A stretch of 64,000 bases of DNA from Lama glama (lineage: Eukaryota). The stretch lies in contig CM052816.1 of the NCBI GenBank assembly GCA_028534125.1, forward strand, positions 15,192,001 to 15,256,000, written 5' to 3'. The position numbers and the translations under genes were made by a program. How positions within the stretch are numbered: position 1 is the stretch's first letter; the number at the start of each line of letters is the position of its first letter. The notes under the pieces are model-generated. The model had not been told where the DNA came from and ran no database searches. It saw only the letters and a list, made by a program, of their open reading frames with translations. This document shows positions 61,880 through 64,000 of the stretch, in pieces.

Positions 61880-64000
61880 AAAAAAAATCAATGTGTCTGT
61901 TATGTGGGAAACAGATTTTAAGGAAGAAGTGGATAGACAAATTAAGGGGCTATTATGCTAACATAGATAAGTTGTAATGATTTGGACAAGGGTGGGAGTA
62001 CTAGAGGTGGTAGGAATTGGATGGATATGGGATATGTTATGGAGAAAGTCAATAGGAATGAGTAGATGTAGTAGGTGAGGTGAAAGAAGCAACACTGTAA
62101 CTTGTATTTTTGGCTTGAGGAACTGGATGTAGTGTTCAGTGATATGGAATGACTAGGTTTTGAGGGGAGGGGAAAAGCAAGGTTTCTGTTTTGGCCATGT
62201 TAAATTTGGGCTGCTAAATAGGGGAGAGATCTAGGCTAGAATTACAGAAATGTGTCACCATCACTATCACATGGATGATATTTGATTTTATGGGCTTAAA
62301 TAAGGAGAGTATGTGGGTAGAGGCCTAAAGAGGATCCAAGCCAGAGCCCTAAGGCTCTTTAGCATTTCAAGGTTGAACAGAAAAGGAATTAGCAAAGGAC
62401 ACTGAGAAGTGGCCAAAGAAGTAAGAAGAAAAGTAAAATTCACTCTGGGAGAGGGTAACATCTTGACTGAACCCTGATGAATGCTGCTGAAAGGTCAAGT
62501 CAGAGGAGAAAAGGGACCACTTGATTTGACAAACATAGTGATCATTGGTGACGCTAACAAAAGCAGTTGGGAGTGATGAGAGCAGAAACCTGTCAGGAAT
62601 GGGCTGAGGAGAAAATATGAAAAGAAGTAGAGAGAGTAACTAGTTAGCTCACAGAAGAAATTCTGCTGTGAAGCAGAGATGAAAAATGAGGCAGTGTCTG
62701 GGGATGATTGTGAGGTAAGGGAGGGTTTAGTATGCTGATGAGATAATATGGTAGAGAAGGAGAACTGATGGTGTAGGAGAAAAGGGATAACTGCAGGATG
62801 GAAGCCCAGAGAAAGCAAGAGAGTCAGGGATGCAGAGTTCAGCTGGGGAGATAGCCTCTGATAGAGCAGGAACCTTCATTTATTAGAGGAGGAATGAAAG
62901 CAGCCAGATGCAGGTGGGTTAGTAGAACTGGTGGTGAGAAGGTTGGGGGTGTTCCTATTTGTGACCTCTTATTTTCTCAGTGAAATATGAGGCATGGTCA
63001 AAAGGACAGAGACTGCAGGAAAAGAAAGGAAGAAGGTAGAAAAGTTTAGGAGATGGGAAAACAGCTGTTCTGAAGAGTGGGAAAATGAGGCAAAGTACAG
63101 GATTTCCAGGCAATGTTGGATGCCTTTTAAAATCTGTAGCTATGAATTTAAAGTGTGACTCATCAGCATGGTTGTTTTCCTCCCAACAATTGCAGGCAAG
63201 TTGGGTTTACCAGGTAAGTGAGACAATGGGAGGGGATAAGTGAGATAAGAGCATTAAAGGAGTGATTTTAATGCACCTCAAAAATCTGAGTAGCTGAGCT
63301 GGAAGGGTAGGAGAGGTGGTCAGATTTTGGAAGTGGCACAGTGTTGTTGAGAATAAGGCAGCCAGGGGTGAGAGGCTGAAGTAGGGTGGAAAAAAAATGA
63401 TCATTGGAGGTGAGGTCAAATTGAGAGACCAAATCAGATGAGTTAATCATCCATGTGGATGTTGATACCTAGAAGTAACTTTTGACTTTTCTCCTCCAGT
63501 ATTCTCATTTTCCATAGTGATTCCACCATCCCATTATTAAAGTCAGAGACCAAGAGTTGTCCTTGGCTCCTCTCTCCTTCACCCCGTTCCATCAAGTCCT
63601 CTTCTACCTTCTTCTAAATAAATCTGAGACCACTCTGTTTCCCCTCATTTACTCTTTAACTCTAGTTCATGCTAGTATTCTCTTTCCTGAACTACTGTTA
63701 ACCTCTCAACTGGTGTCCCTCCCCTTCTTGACCTATTCTCACCAACTTCTCACAGGCCATACAGAGTGAATGAATGTCATAAAAAACAAGTCTATTGACA
63801 TCACCCTTTGTTTTTATAAACCTGCAGTGGCTGTCCGTCATCATTAGGCTCAAGACCAAACTCCTCCAAAGTCCTGTAGGGGCCTGGATCCCTGCTTACT
63901 TCTCCAGAGAAAGCTCATACTACTTTTTTCAGTGTTAATAATTTCCAGCCACACAGGCCTTGTTTCTGTTCCTTGAACAAGTCAGGACTTTTCCCACCTC
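61880..64000. mobile_element. Degraded LINE2-like fragments in SRA1 intron 2
   Basis: Purine-rich L2-like text (ttttggcttgaggaactgg, ttggccatgttaaattt) followed by a pyrimidine-rich piece in the opposite orientation from about 63480. Boundaries are approximate. Confidence 0.5.

Overview
Mammalian genomic window, probably a camelid judging by the tRNA-derived SINE family. It is syntenic with the human 5q31 cluster: DND1 last exon (+), WDR55 (-), IK (-), NDUFA2 (+), TMCO6 (-), CD14 (+), a repeat-rich block, SLC35A4 with its spliced uORF microprotein (-), APBB3 (+) and the first two exons of SRA1 (+). All exon structures were reconstructed by hand from splice sites and reading-frame phase. The main unexpected element lies between CD14 and SLC35A4: an apparently intact, phase-consistent 16-exon gene (about 39955-47958, +, about 607 aa) that the ORF track shows only as fragments. 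It encodes a kinesin-motor-like fold with degenerate P-loop, switch I and switch II, followed by a coiled-coil tail, so it is a putative catalytically dead pseudo-kinesin. Other points: a U12 AT-AC intron in IK; a 1-bp frameshift in TMCO6 exon 11; an RPL34 retrocopy beside a TMCO6 splice acceptor; back-to-back polyA signals for NDUFA2 and TMCO6; a 6-nt microexon in APBB3; an extra uORF overlapping the SLC35A4 microprotein start; and nested retroelements. Gene and repeat names come from recalled sequences, not from database searches.
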